DNA of 64,000 nucleotides from Ramazzottius varieornatus (lineage: Eukaryota; Animalia; Tardigrada). Under the pieces are notes generated by a model. It was not told where the DNA came from and made no database searches. It was given only the letters and a program-made list of their open reading frames with translations. Location of the stretch: positions 3,139,972 through 3,203,971 of the forward strand of contig BDGG01000005.1 of assembly GCA_001949185.1 (NCBI GenBank). Direction: 5' to 3'. Positions within the stretch are counted from its first letter, which is position 1, and each line of letters begins with the position of its first letter. Below, in pieces: positions 26,879 through 41,448 of this stretch. The position numbers and the translations under genes were made by a program.

Positions 26879-27920
26879 TATCTAACAGGCGCGCTTTAGC
26901 TATCCAAATTGGAATTGACCTAGCCGAAGTTCGGCTGAAGTATGCGTACGAGGTATAGGATATAATTCGAGCATAGCGATTTTCGCGAAAAATTCGGGCG
27001 ATGCAAAAGTTTCAAGCTTTATTATCATAGTTCAACTGATCTCTCATCGTGCGTTTCTTGATACGAGTTTATAGGCTTTTTACTTTGGGCAGAGGCGTCT
27101 CTCCAGGATCACTCACGACAAATTTTTTTTTCGCCGTTCGGTGAAATCAATTCGATTTCCCACATTCCTAGGAGACTTAGAGGTTGAGGTAAATAGATGG
27201 AGGCAGATTGTAGTACAGTCCACTCATTTGAGATCTGTCACCTAATTTTTCGAATTCAAAACTGAAAAATTCGCGTGAACATAAGAGGAACTGCCATGGC
27301 GAGTTTTGATTGCTTGTTCACTGACGGACAAACGCAGTGGAACAGATGCAACCTGTTACGTTTACTTTGCATTTGTTTGTTCGAAGTCGGAATGTTTCTT
27401 GTTCTCATCTCATCTTCCCAGTCATCTAACGGAGGGATAGGGAGAAAGTGTAGGACGGACTGAGCCTTCGTTCTACACACGAGATTCGATGGAGTGAATC
27501 TTACGGAGAACAGCTAAACAACGAGACCCGCTTCCGGTGAAGCACCGCAACCGACATATAAAACAGGGATAACTTTGGCAATCTTGTTGAGTAAAAAGTC
27601 TTGCGGTTTTGCATTCTGCCAAATGGATCATGAAAGGTCGGTCGGAAGTTGACGGGTTGACGATTAGAAGCTGCTTTCGTTAATCTGGCGCGCTTCATAC
27701 GGTGCAGAATAATTGGTTGATTTTCCTCGATTTGATTGTTGGTTGAGTGTTAAAGTCGCTCTCTTCTGCTTTGGGCAAGCTGTATGATACAAGTTTGGCT
27801 GTAGTAAACAGAAATCGGAAAATGAGGTAACAGATCTCAACCGAGGGGACTGTATACAGAAAATAAGCTACTCTAACTTATTCAGGATAGTACGGAATCT
27901 GCGGTTTCTCTGTTATACAG

Positions 27921-28526
27921 TACGAGGAGCAAAACCCAACTTTTCTAACTCGCCAAACTGGTTACTACTTTTCTAACTAACGAATTTCTCAAAAAGCATC
28001 AAGTCCTGAAATTCCAAATTAATTCACAAGTAGCTCCCACAACCTCGCTTCATTCTGCTGCAGACAGAAGTTGGGAACATTGGAGGATCGTGAAGAGAGA
28101 AATTCCAGAGTGGAAGCCATTCGAAGATGGCATCCGATATTAGAAAGCACTCTTTCTGCAGAGGGCAGAACAAGCCAAGCCAGATAAAGCACATATCTGT
28201 CGAACCGAGCAGAATGACACATTTCCGAAAGTGTGCTCAGGGTTAAGAATAACGCAACACAGCCGTTTTCATCCAAAATCGGAACGGCTACAACTTTGCT
28301 AACTTCCGAGCGAAAACGCATTGCTTTGACAGATTTGTCTGAATCTCTCGGTGGACTTGCCGATCACTGAATCAAGGCCTAAACTGAACTGTGAATGCTA
28401 ACTGGCTAAAACTTTGCTAACTTCTGCTCAGCCGCCAACTGGTTGTAGTCTAGATTCACAGCGCTACCTTCAGAATTTGGCTTAGCAAAGTAAGCTCGTT
28501 AGAAAAGTTGGGCCTCTCTCCTCGTA
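27921..28526. mobile_element. Non-autonomous mariner-like element
   Basis: TACGAGGAG..CCCAACTTTTCTAAC and GTTAGAAAAGTTGGG..CTCCTCGTA inverted termini with TA at both ends. Confidence 0.7.
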
Positions 28527-28898
28527 CGGTTATACGTTATGGTACAGTACTTCCGCCGTTCACCCCCGTAGCCGTGGATGTCAATGTCGCCTCTTAAATG
28601 TTGTGTCAGTGTTTTGGTCGAAGCTGGGGATAGCCTCGCCGTACACGATCGAATGTCTTCAGTCACCACTCGCAATCAAAGAGCTTGATGTCATCGCAGC
28701 ATACTGGAGCGGTCAATGAACTTTCTTTTCAAAGTCCTACAGTTCATTCCGGGATTAGTGCGTTCGGTCGGATTGAGCTCCGTAGCTCAGATTATAGCAG
28801 AGACTCTCTTCTGTCGTGTCGCCGAGACGGTGTAACTGCGGGGACGTCGGGACAGGCGTGCCTGTTGCCGAGTAGGGTACTGTAAACACAAAATACAG

Positions 28899-30000
28899 CT
28901 AGGCAGCATTTGAAACCGGATGGATGGGGATGAAAGCACCGTATTTAATTGCTTGCCTATCAGTCACGCACAAAAGGATTCGCGGTAAACGAAAGCGACA
29001 TTCAAGACTAGCTCACCCACGTGTTCCCGGCCGGTCATGTTCCTTCTTTGTGCATGAATTTGGAAACACGAAATCGTGCACTGGACCGCACCGGCGAGGT
29101 GTAGTAAAACAACTGCTCACCAAGAACTTCATCGCGATATGGTTTTTGCACAGTAAAAATGCGACTGGTGCTGTCGTGCGGTACTGCGTGGTCTCCTTAC
29201 AGGAAAACTCGTCAGTCTAGAAGAAGGTTTCTGTTCCTGAAAGCCAGTAAATCTCACAGCAGTCATACAAAAAGAGTGGTGGAGTACTCACATGACACGA
29301 TCGAGACGTCTCACTCTGCAGTCTTTCTAGGCAACGTTATAAAGTCTGGTGTGTAGTCTGTCATGAGCTCAAGTTAAGGGTTCATTCCTTCTGATTAAGA
29401 TTCCGATTGTAAAGAAGTATAACACCGATATAATAGTAAAGCAAAAAACAGGACAACCGCGTTGAGCGGGACGAGCGCGTTAAGCGGTGAACAAAATGCG
29501 AGGAGCTCGCAGAATGAAGAACGAATCGAGAGAGGACTTGGTCATCGATGGCAATGGTCAAGAAAAGCTAACGCGAGCGTTCACATCGAGTGCGTACGAG
29601 GGAAACATGAGAAGGAAACTCAGGGAAGGAGAGGGAAGGAGAGGGAAGTCGCTCCACAGTTAACCGCAAATAAGCTTCGCTTATTTTTTAATACCTCCTG
29701 GTCGAACATAATGAGCACGTTATAACATTGTGCTATTTTTACATGAAGTTCGAGGACACTCTGGTTTCTTGTGGCAGGAGGGGGGGGGGAAGCGGAAAAT
29801 CAGCAGTTTCATCTTTGAGCTGTTGGAAAAAATACTTGCTACTGTTGCATGAAATCGACCTCTGTAGATTTTGTTCAGTAATTTCACGGTGGTGATAAAA
29901 CTGGCTGCAGCATCTATGAACTGATAAGCGACATGGGATAAGAATAATATTGGTAATTTCTGGCACAGCACTGTCAGCACACAAAAGAATCTGGGTATCA
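28899..30000 (-). pseudogene. Pseudogene copy (A) of the ANF_receptor-domain receptor family
   Basis: Exon 1 relic HVAYQFID..LNKIYRGRF; exon 2 with conserved Trp changed to TGA (29313-29311); most of exon 3 deleted and fused to exon 4 (AFLLCKNHIAMKFL); exon 5 IHAQRRNMT with mutated acceptor. Confidence 0.75.
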
Positions 30001-30978
30001 GCGACAATTCAAAGATGGTTGATCTTAACGGAGTTCCCAGTGCCGGACCGTAGAATGCTCTAGAGTGTCAACAGTCCGACAATTGATCGAATTGCCTTCG
30101 TGTTTACGGTAAAGCGAAAGGTCCGGAAGCTCAGAAGTTGCGAATTTCGAATTTCAAGGTTGGTCGGAAACGTTGATGTGACTTCACCCCACTGGTAAGT
30201 GGTCTAGCTTACAGAAAGCACGTTACGGTTACGACGGAAAATCTCCAGACGGCTGCGGGATTATTATACACAGTACTGCCACAAGTACCAGCTTTCTTTG
30301 CTGTCTGGACCGTATTTCGGTGGGTATACCAAGCCGTTAAAGCATCTCCATATCTGACTAGATTAACACACCGGAAGGATTTCCTTTCTTTCTGTTGCCT
30401 GGGATTATTAGAACGCCGGAATTCCGCCATATTTCCGTCCATGATTCATATGAGCGATTTTCTGCCTTAAGCGAAGCGGGATCCGCCCTGATCCCCAGTC
30501 GATGGTCACATGAGGGGCACTGCATACAAGCGCCAGCTGTTTGTCACATGGCTGGCACGACAGCAAGTCTTTGATGACTGCTACACCGAAATAAAGGGGT
30601 GGATAACCGAACAGAAAAATACTGTAAAAATTCGCTGCATCCGCGCAGTACGTACACGTAACGATGCGCTCCCGTAGGGCGCTGAGCAGGCAGTAAAGCC
30701 AGCCAAGGGGATGCACTTCGCGCGTATGATGACGTGATGTGCGGATGCAGCGAATTGTTACAATAACCGAACAGAAAAAAACCAATCTTTTGTATGGCAT
30801 TTCGTTTACATGGCCTAGTATGAGAGCAATATCGTGCCGTTCTCCCAGAATCCCGGCATTTCCCATCGGTTGACGAGCCGTAGGCTTCTGAGGAAAAACG
30901 TCAACCGTTACGATATTCCTTCTTTCACAAAGCTACCGACAAACGAACTGAGTCAAAACGGAGTGTCTTGAATGTCAA

Positions 30979-33900
30979 TTAGACGATCTTCAAGTAGGGA
31001 GAAGCTTGTCCCCTGCTAGAGATAGACTTCCGTTTGTGGAGTGTCAGGAAATCAGTGCTGTCTAGCAACCACCAGCGTGGCCCATCTGCATGCGATCTCC
31101 GCTTAAGCGACCATGTTGCAAGGGTGCTGGCGCTCAAGATCACGCCAATGGCCACGGCTGCGGGAAGTGCCGCCGACAGCAAGTCATCTGTGAATAATGC
31201 CACACATACCCTACACCCCGGTACTCGCCCCACATGACATTAAGAGATCAAGTTGCTACCCCGGTTCACTTTCCGACTGTAGTAACGGCTCGCTCCGCCT
31301 CTTTTATGAACTGTAACTGCATTTTGCTTTCCGGAACTTCCCTTATTTTCGGAAGACAGCGTAAAATTTGGGATCAGCTGTTCCGCTTATGATTAACATT
31401 GCAGCTCATTTTAGCAACAGTCGGACTTTCATCCGGCGGTGGCAACTCAATCTGCGTATTCCTGCGTGAAATACTGGTAGCTCACTGGATCGACACTTGT
31501 CGTTCTCGAAACCGCAGACTGGCTCTGCTAGTGCAGGCTTTCCGTTGTTCCATACAAATCGTCTTCCGAAGGGAAACGTGACGTTACTCGTTCTGTGGAC
31601 GTACCGCAAGATACTCTAATAAGAGAGTAAGGTTTGATCCCCGGGTCGGTCCTACTCAGCTCTACTGCGTTATACTACTGTAATGCTTCTTGAATTTCGC
31701 GCATCTAGGTCACATCACGCTTGCACTGTATGAGTCACCATACCCGTAAAAGTGGCGCATTGTGACGTGAGTGCGTGAGATTCAAGAAGCATTACATTGA
31801 AATACCTCAAATTTCCCCGTGGTGAAGTTGTACTGCTTGACCAGCATGTCAGCCTGCCTTTGTCCGGTCGGCGAAAAGTGGATGTTGCCGGTGGGTAGAA
31901 TGAATGTGCGGTTGAAGAACTTCTGAGCTATGCTGACACCATCCCGTAAGGCCTCAATCGACGCAGAATGATTGCTCGGCGTTACCGTCTCGTTGATAAC
32001 CTATCGATTAAACGATCGCTAAGTTGCTGGCAATTGGCTTGAGTCGCAGGAAGATTTGTTGAAGGTTTTCCCAAGACGTTGGGACTGCGTTTGGCAATGA
32101 GTATTTTGATGCAAATTGATTCCCGAACACTTACCTTTGCAATTAGGGTTACCGTCAGGTATGCCGACACCGCTATGGCAGCCAACTACATAACAACATT
32201 CTCAAGTGCGTGCTGTCCGTAAATCCACCATTTAACCATCCAGCTTAGTTTCATAGCACTTCAATCAATCAACCGGCGGCAATGAGTGCTTTGAACAAGG
32301 AAATAAAGGTCCTTCTCGGCTGGTCGTGTCCGTCACGTGACCAGCTCACGACAAAGCCTAAACGGCCAGGATGTAGCGCAAACTTCACTCCATCAGAGCC
32401 CGAAAAAGAGATCTTGTGCAAAAATTTCGTACACAAAGTTTCCATACGGGTTTCACAACCCAGTTTGCACAATCTTTCACGGGTGTGATACTCTGAATTT
32501 GAATATCCTGCTTCGTACTCGCTCGATCTCTGCAAAATAAGTATCCTGAGATAGTACACAGCTTGTCCGAAAGGACAAGCATCTTTTTCTGGTATGACGT
32601 TCCCGATTGAGCAAGAAAATAAAGTTCAGTTTAACCTATACGAAAATATGGGCTGTGGAGCCCACATGGAAGCCTCTTGTATAAAATTTTTACGCAAAAT
32701 CTCTTTTTCGAGCTCTTGTTTGAGTGATGTTTTCGTTGTATCCTAGCCATTTAGGCTTTGAAGTAAACCGATCACGTGACGGGACACGACCAACCGAAAA
32801 GGACCTTTATTTCCTTGTTCAAAGCACTCATTGCCGCCGGTTGATTGATTGAAGTGCTGACTCGGCGGTCACATGGTCAACTAGCATGAAGGATCTTCTA
32901 ACTGATGGTGTTTAGATCGATGAAATTGGACAACGGGATCAAAAGATACAGGTAGGTATTGCGACGCCATAGGGTGCCCATGACCGTGATGGTACACGTA
33001 CGTGGCGATGCAACGGGTAGGGGGTTGTGCAGGCAGTGAAACCGGACCGGGGCTGTATTTTACGTGTCCGATGCCATGATGCGCGGACGCAGCGAATACA
33101 GTCCACATCTCCCTCGAGATGTGTACACGCGGCTGGCCTAATTGTTGGCATGGACAAAATTTCTGGCCACTGATTTCCGAATCAGCGGCTCCGCCAGCTG
33201 TATTCGCTCGCGGCTGAAACAGAACTGGTTTCACCACAGATTACCGCTTTACCTTCACGAACAAACAAACGTTTGCAGAGATCTTCTCAATCATCGTAGG
33301 TCTGGTTTCCTTGTATATTCTTGGTTATTTTGCTAGGAAAATGCAGCTCTGATGGTAAATCAGCGTTTTAAAATTTGACTTTTCTCGCCAGAAAGGCCTT
33401 CACTTGAGCAATCCACCACCTTATGGAGGCAACCGCGCGAACTGCCTTTTTCAGGCTATCCTCCGTATACTTTCGCTGTCTCTTGCTCCTAAGACCTTCC
33501 GGCATATTCCAGGCTAACCTCCCTCAAGACGGGAAAAGAAGTACGAAATAAGAAACGAAATCTGAAATGACACTGTATTCCACATATTTCACTGAGAAAT
33601 TTTACTTGCTGACGTCACAGGGCTAGTTTCTGCTACGACAAAACAATCTCTGCGTCAAACTGCCGCCAGCCCGTCCGACCAGAGATTTCGTCCAGGCCAA
33701 TAATTAGGCCAGCCGCGTGTACAAAATTTTTCGGTTCCTGGTAAAATTTCACCGCGCAGCATATCTGGCTAGAGGTCAAAACTACGTACTGCAAAACTAC
33801 GTACAGCACTACGTAACACATGCACTACAAAATTCTTCAACTGATGCAATGAAGTAATCAGGTCGCAGTTTTCTGGCCGTGGTGGGGTTGGCTAGCAGTA

Positions 33901-36643
33901 TCGCTAACTTTGAATGATTTACGTGGTTTGAAATCGGAAAAGTTTGTATGCATTTCGAGCGAGTGGACTGTATTTACAGTACCTTGCCGTAACACTTACC
34001 GCTGTGGTCCCGGAAACGTGGCTGGTCTTCGAATCGTCGATTTTATTTCGGATGTTTTGTACGGTTGTGAGTGGCAGCTTCCCCGCAAGATCCTCATTGT
34101 CATAAGTGATGTAAAGTACGACACCGAGCGTTTGATGGGAAAACTGAAAGGACTCATAATTTCAGTCTGGCTGCGAAACTGAGTTTCGAAAGGGTAGAGA
34201 GCTCCATTAGTGCCTATCCGGTACGGGGCCAGAAGGTTCAGTCAATCAAATGCCATACCAGCATCAGCTTCTACCGAGCACAGCAGCAAGGCCAAGCTGC
34301 TGACTTAGTTCCGCAGATTTGTGATTGGTTCGCAAGCGTAAGGTATGTGTGCAAGTCTTCTACTATTTCTTGTAGCGTGACGAATCCCCGTTTTATAACA
34401 GGGCACGACAAGCACTGACATACTTCTCTTGCACACGATCAGTTACGAGCATTGGTGAGTGAGCCGGCGCTTTCTGCATTGCTTCAGTGAAGGATTGCAT
34501 TCTTGTTCGATCTTTCGATATTACCGTACTGTGCACCGGGGGAACTTGTACTCAATAAGCACTGATTAGTGATTACCTCATTGCTGCTTTCCAACCATGA
34601 CAAATCAGGAAAGCTGGGCAGCATTGTGTACGGTTGGGCAAACAGGTAGACCTGAAGGAGACAAAGGTTAGGTCACAGTGCATTATTAAGCGGGGCTTAT
34701 GGACTTTGGTTATGTCGAGCCTCCGATTAATGTTCACTAAGGGCTTACAAATACCAAGCTGGCTTGGTGGTTATAATTACACCAGCTACTTTGGTGGATA
34801 CGCGCAGAAAAATTTTTGACCAGTTAGGAAAGCGCTGTAACGGCTCGATTTGAAAGCCCCGTACTGCAGTTAAGTACTATTGGAGGATTGTGAGATCTTT
34901 GACGTCGGAGGAATCAATATACACTTACGAGTAGGACGAGTAGCAAGAAACTTCATTATGGAAGTGACATTTTAAATTTTGGAGGGGAGCACAGCGCACT
35001 TGGGATGTTGGTTAAGTCTGGTGTAATCATGAGTCGTGCCGGAGCGACTCGTAATTAGACTGAAAGTGTAACGTCTGGCGGAATGAATAGGCCAATCGTA
35101 AGGGTGTAGGTGGAGCCAATTACACCAGCGTTGTAATTCCACCAGCGGTTTAATCTGTCTTTGTAAGCCCTTACTGATTAATGGATCTCTAGGCGGAAAA
35201 CTTCATACGGGCGCAATCTGACAAAACATGGGAGTGCAGTCCGCTCGTTCGAAATCGGAACCCGATCTACCAATGTCAGTTGTGGTCCAGCTATACGTTC
35301 ATCACACAACATGCCAAGTCAAAGTCTATATTCATATCAAACATACCGTCTCCATGGGATGGCAAGAATTACCATTGACTTTACATGATTATCCTGCTCT
35401 CAGAATGAAAAAATAACAGCTGATTCCGAACGACCGGACTGCGTCAGCAGAATCAAAAGCGATCAAAATCACAATTAGCAGCCGTATTATGCGAACTTCC
35501 TCAGTGGCAGATACTCACGTATTCGTTTTTTGTCATGTTTTTCGCCTGAGCAATAATCTGAAGACGCGTAGAAAATATGAAAGTTAATGCACGATATGTT
35601 AAGCAATATGAAGAACTGGAACCATCTACCAAGAAGTTCCTCGCAATTTCACTCCGGCAAAGTAGGAAAATGACTGAAATGTTTACAAAACGACTGAAAT
35701 ATGTACTGATACTCACATTCTTGGATTTTCCCTTTGGGCAGATCTTAGCTTCTTATTGTACCTCGAGCCGCTTTGCGAACAGAGTTTAGGTGGCTGCTGT
35801 AGTCCACCGAATCCATCCCACTGTCGAAGTTTATAAAGCGGACTTTGAAGATTGGAGCTGCCAGCTGCTGCTTGAAATTTTCACAGTTCGCTCGAAAATA
35901 CCCAACATCGCGCTTGTCGTCGCATAAGAGGAAGACTGTGGTCCATTTATAATACAACAGGAACTTCTTCAGAAAGGCCGCGAAAACGGCATTGTGCGTC
36001 GGTGCCGCGCTAATGGCGGTAGGGTATTTAGTGCTTTCGGTCGAAAAAGTTCCCAGTCTGAAGCCAGCAAATTCAAACTAGGGCCTCCGGGCTTTTGTGA
36101 AAGGTGAATGGCTGGTAGGAATATCGTAACAAACACGCATTGCTTACATTGAGAACACCGGAACGTTCCACTCCGCTGTTATTCGGGCGAGCATGAGAAA
36201 ATCCGGTGCGCAGTCTAGAAAAATTCGCTAAGTTTCAGATGTCGAACTGGTCTGCACTGTAAAGAACAGCACGAACACAGAAACCTACATGGAGAAAGAA
36301 ATACAGATGTTCCCGGGCAGCGTGGTCTCCGGTAGTAAAAAGACGCGGCGATGTCGGCGGTTTCGTCCGCAAGTTGCTCACAGAAGAATTTACTCTTTGT
36401 GGTAAAAGGTACAGCAATGAGACTAAATCTCCCGTCATACAGGAAATTCATCTCCTCAACAGCAACATCAACACTCGATATGACGTCCACAAACTGATAA
36501 GCGACATGAATCAGAACCGTAACTTCGGGAGTTTTACAGACGCCAGTTTTGTTTTGGTTACTCTCAACTCGATTTCCTCCTTCCAGAGCCTCTAAGATGT
36601 TGAAGGTCAACATTAATCCAAAGATCAGCAATACGGAATTCAT
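30979..36643 (-). CDS. Cyclase-less natriuretic-peptide-receptor/rGC-like single-pass receptor, copy B (11 exons)
   Basis: Signal peptide; FCEQLAD, CAPDFLMLARITAEWNVP, WTTVFLLCDD, NMTKNEY|VYL, FNRTFILPTG, EPVCGFENDKC; TM; short tail RWWLL then stop. All 11 exons found with consistent phases. Confidence 0.85.
31679..31796. repeat. Intronic palindromic element
   Basis: TGTAATGCTTCTTGAAT ... ATTCAAGAAGCATTACA. Confidence 0.6.
32255..32858. mobile_element. Foldback/MITE element with ~200-bp inverted arms in intron 7 of copy B
   Basis: AGCACTTCAATCAATCAACCGGCGGCAATGAGTGCTTTGAACAAGGAAATAAAGGTCC is perfectly inverted at the right end. Confidence 0.85.
34741..35170. mobile_element. PIF/Harbinger-like MITE in intron 5 of copy B
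   Basis: TAA|GGGCTTACAAA ... TTTGTAAGCCC|TTA. Confidence 0.6.
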
Positions 36644-39600
36644 TCTACAGAGGTTTAAGCAAATGTGCGGACTTTCAGATGATTGAGACGAACATCACTG
36701 CTGCTGCACTTAGATTTCATGAAGAGGGTTTTCAGGCCACCAGTCAACTGATCATGGGCTCCTCTTCAATGCAGCGTCCGTCTCGGTGACGACTCGCTGA
36801 AATAGAAAACGATATGTTTTCAATCGGTTTCTGAGATTAATTTGTTACTGCAAGCCTTCTCCCACGAGTCTTGCGTTGATTACAAGCGCGTGCCGTTCAA
36901 CAGTCGGATGAATTTCCGTGATTTGAGTATAATCAGCTCACTATATTGCCCGCAATTTCCCACTGATTTCGTCGACGCTTCCTACCAGCGCACAGTGGAT
37001 CATATAATAGTAGCCTGGACCAGATGCGTTGCGTGACTATTCTGCATAGCAGGAAAATTCGACGGATGTTCATCGTGTCATCAGCAGATCACGATGAGGG
37101 TAATATCCCAAGTTCGGGAATTCTACCCTTCCTATCAACGATCGCAGTGGTTTACTTTCTGGTGACATACGAACCGGGATGTAAAAGAAAGACAGCACGA
37201 TGAGTGAGTCTTTAGAGCTTTTCCGAGAGCTCAACATTTGTCCCAAGTTGTACCAGTACTGACAAAGCTCCAGATCTCATGATATCTTACAAATGCATCT
37301 TCCTTTCAATCTCGCTTTCTGGAAATTCCTGGTCCAAAGGGGCTAGCGGATACGCCCTTCATGCAGCGAACGCACTTGTCTATAAAGTGTGGGAACAGCT
37401 TGCTACTTTCGTTTTGAACCTACACACGGACCGTACTGTGATAATTCCCGTTCCACCAGAAAAGTGTTTTATCCTGGTTCACCGAGACCTACGGTCAAGA
37501 CTATATAAAGGTCAGCGAGGCGAAAATAAGAAGGTTCGCAATTATCAGGTGCGGTAGTATGCCTTGCCACTCTTGAAAATCCGGTTCGAAGATCCATAAA
37601 TCTGCTATCCCTCGTCTTTCCGTCCTGAAATCTTCTTATCAATCCATATACTTTCCTCTACGTACTAGTGATTGACTCGTTTTGGTTGCGTGGATTCGTG
37701 GGGAAGCAGAATTAATTGGGTCGTGCAGCAGTGAGTTTCCGAGTGATTTAGGAGTTTGCAAATTCTTGGCTCACCAAAGCCTCACACGCGGCCGAACAAA
37801 GCAGCCTCCTATCCAGGGATATGACTGATAGCAGAAACTTTGCAGAAAGTTAAATGGAAAGGTTTCGTTCTCAAGACTGTTCGAAAGTTGTCCCCACGGA
37901 AGGCGGATATCGAAAGTGAACAATACATCCCTGAGGGCGTGCACGAAATTCGTTCCTCCTAGTTTGTTGCACAACTCTTTCAGGACAGCGATGTGTCTTC
38001 CCGAATTCTTGCGGTGCATTTACAGGTTCAGGAATGACAGAAAGCTGGCGAAACGAGTGCCCTACTTACTTGACGCAGCTCAGAATAAACGCGGAGTTCC
38101 GACTTTTGTTAATCTCCTGATGGCGAATACGCACAAGCCGATCTCAGACTGTGTCGTCACTGCTGGTAAAAAGTGGACTCCGTCGAGTGTTTTCAAGCAA
38201 GAATCGGTTTTCTGTGACAAAGCAGAAGCACCACAGAAGACATCGGACCATAAACGGCACCAAACGAGACCCATGGCTACGTTATGGTGGCCAGCTCACA
38301 CTCGCTACCACTTTCAGTTTCTTTCACCCAGCAAGGCGATAGCGGTAGACCAGGTCTCTCTGAAATCGGGATGACTGATGAAAAAGTCTGTTGTGCAACA
38401 AAGAGAATTTCTCAGCTGGCCGAAGTCCCTACTTTTGCAAGACGGCTTCAGATTTCTTTCTCCGCAAAATCCTCTGCACAACCGTAGGAAGTAAAAATAG
38501 AAACTCCCTGTGAGAACTGTAGTAGCAGGTACCTGATGCTAAAAAACTATAGAGTTCACGAGATTAGGGCGTCTGCAGCAACCCTACTCAGAAAAATACA
38601 CTTCTCATCGTGTAGTCAACGAGTGACCTGTCGTCATGAAGAGGCTCAGGGCTACCCGAGGACCGTCGAATTTTACTGGTCCAAATTACACTTTGTTGGT
38701 TCCTCGGGCATACTTCGGTTGCTTTTCGTGACGCTACCTACAAGCAGCGGAGTGTAACCGTGCTCTTCGTAGCGTGTGATGTGGGTGTAACCACATACTG
38801 TAGGGAGCAAGTCTTGAGCGTGTCCCGAGTTACTTCTCATGGTACTCCTGGGTTACTTTATCGGACGTTCTTCGACGCATAATTAACTCCTTTCTAGAGT
38901 GCTCGGACTACTGTATTTACGGGTTCAGCATGAGAAACTACAGAGAAAGTTCTTTGAGGTAAAGCACTCTGAACCAAAAGAAGCCACAATAAAGAAATGC
39001 GAAGCATCAATGCGGCAAAACAGAGATACCCAAGTCAGAAGGTTTCCAGAAGGGTTGTTTGAGCATATACAGAGACACAACAAATAGAAACCAGATGGGT
39101 TAACCCAAACAGTGACAAAAGTGTGGAATTGATAGCCCTTCTTTGTACGTCTATTACATGTTGAACGCCGGCGAAAGAGTTAACGCGGCCATCTGCAAAC
39201 CACAAGAAAATCTCAGTCGTAGAGAGGATTGCCGCTGATATCCGTCTGGTGAAATTAGGCGTGTAATTCTCTGCCGACATCCATCCAGGAAAGGTATAAA
39301 GATACGAAAGAGCGAAGTGCAAGAAGAATGTGCAGCCAAAAATTCTAAAGAACAAAAAGCAGCAAGCGATTGCATCAGCGATCGCATGGCTCAGGAAGGC
39401 CTACGTGCGGTAGGTCTGAGGCTTCACCGTTGAGCAACGGCGTAGGCGCTCTGTCAGGCCGACTACGCGGGCTCCCATGATTCGTATGGGTCTTTTTTAC
39501 TGCCCTCATTTCCTCTGTTCGACAAAGAAAACTACCTTGCTCTGGCTGACAAGACTCGGTCAAAACTACCTCCCGTAATGATATCTGTTCGGCTCCCGCA

Positions 39601-39938
39601 AAAGAGGCTTAGAAAGAGGAAAAATCTGCTTTTCCTTCTTCTCATCCCCTTCATATTGTGTCTTGAGCGAGTCGTCACACCTGAGGAAAAACTCTTATGA
39701 CTTGGGCAAGTAACAAAAATTCTTTCGGAAGTGGGTGTAAAATATGGCATCCAAACGTATATTTTTTCTATCTCCCCATCCTGCTACTGTGGCGGTATGA
39801 ACTTGCTACGAAAAAATGTCCCATGTACCTTGCTAGAACAGTTAAACAAGTGAAACAAAAGGTTGCAGATCTGAAGTTTGCAGAAAGTTTGGAATTCTTT
39901 ACTTCGAAAGGTTTCAGGTCATATTTCCGCAACTAGTA

Positions 39939-41218
39939 CAGCCCGCCCAAGCCAACTTGCCTACCACTGTAAACAAAACTTCCTGTAACTGTTCTCTTGC
40001 TAGCTCAGTGGCTTGTGACATCCGTTTTTAACTCAGTATCTTTTGGAATACCGTTTGTAAAGTTTGTTCTCAAAATGGGATCGGAAACTAGTTCTGGAAT
40101 GAAAGCGATGGTAGCACTGTGATGGTGGCACTACATAGCCAACGCCTGTCGTGCAAGCAAATTTCTGAGCAACTTCGGAGCCTCAGGACTTTTATCCATT
40201 ACATAAAGATTGGTAAGTTGATTAGAAAAGAAGGAGCGAACGGAGTTTGATGGGCCAAACCTGCAGAACAGTTCCCTCCCCACAACTAACCTTCGGTACT
40301 TACGAAGGACGCTATCAAGAAAGTGAAAATAGCCAACCTTGAAAAGCGTTCGGATTCTCAAGGAAAGCTTTCCTGTAAGCTGCGATATTCCAGTGGTGAT
40401 GTGAGCAACATCATCAAACTGGATCAGGGTCTGGACGCACGCAAGAATTAGAAATTGCACCACTTGAACAGCAGAAGTACGAGCAAGGACTGTTTAGCGA
40501 GAGCTGTTTATCTCGTGTCTGCGGGTTAACAGGGTCAAGAGAACCTTCACCATGGATGAAACTTGTATAGCTCTTGATGACTGCAACACGGAAGGAGCCT
40601 TTTTCTATACCGACGGATTTCTAGAGGTTCCAGATGACCGGCGCAAAACGTCGGTGAAGCTGTGGCCCAGAATGATTGAGGTCGCCATCGGGATCTGCTG
40701 GAATGGAATGCCAAAGCCCTATGCTGTTGAGGGCAATGCAAAAATCACAGCACGATACTTCATCGACGATGTCCTGTCACCGATCATGAAGAAAAACATT
40801 CCCCGACTCCAGCCCGAAATCCAAAGGATATTACGGTGTGTTACGACAGCGCAAAATTCCAGGCTTCGATTCTGACCCAGAATTGGATAGAGGAGATCCA
40901 TCCGAATTACATTTCACAGCAACATCAGATGGCCAACAGCCCCGACTTTGCTCCGTTAGATTATGCCATCAACGGAATTAGGAAAAAAAATTTAGGTGAA
41001 CGCCAGGTTATCAGCATAGGGGATCTAATCAAGGTCCTTCAAGAAGTGTGCGCGAATTTCGACCTCGGAATCATCCGTCGATCACTTTTGTCCTGGGAAA
41101 GTCGTGTTTAGAAGATTAGAAGGCGATTCATATAGAATTAGACTGGGGATTTCGATTTCGTTCTGGAATGTATAAGAATTATTGGAAGAGATGGTAGCAA
41201 GTTGGCTTGGGCGATAGA
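39939..41218 (+). mobile_element. Degenerate Tc1/mariner superfamily transposon, maT (DD37D) type
   Basis: TIRs GCCCAAGCCAACTTGC(C)TACCA / TGGTAGCAAGTTGGCTTGGGC; frameshifted transposase with TMDE, YDSA and NSPDFAPLDY; 37 residues between second and third Asp. Confidence 0.85.
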
Positions 41219-41448
41219 TAGAGGTGCATAACAGTTGCATGGATCTTTCAGTCGAGTGCTGTCTCGCCTTTCCTACTGTTTAAGGGACACTCACTAGAAG
41301 TAACTGGTAATGCGAAGAAGAGGGCTGAAAATGCTGCGCCATTTGTTGCAGTTTGTGTGGCGTGGGCGTGGGCGTGTACGGTTTTTAAGAGACGGCAGTA
41401 CAGTTGCTCGCATCAGAACAAAATAACTATAGCAAAATTATGATCTCA

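Noticed and set aside
32190-35518. Initial impression that receptor copy B had lost exons 6-7
   Set aside because: Both exons are present (about 34651-34577 VYLFAQPY... and 34143-34000 FSHQTLGVVLYITYDNE...), separated by enlarged introns
37771-39387. Minus-strand ORFs of 60-106 aa, one hydrophobic
   Set aside because: No recognisable motif or consistent splice model; could be a decayed gene but unsupported
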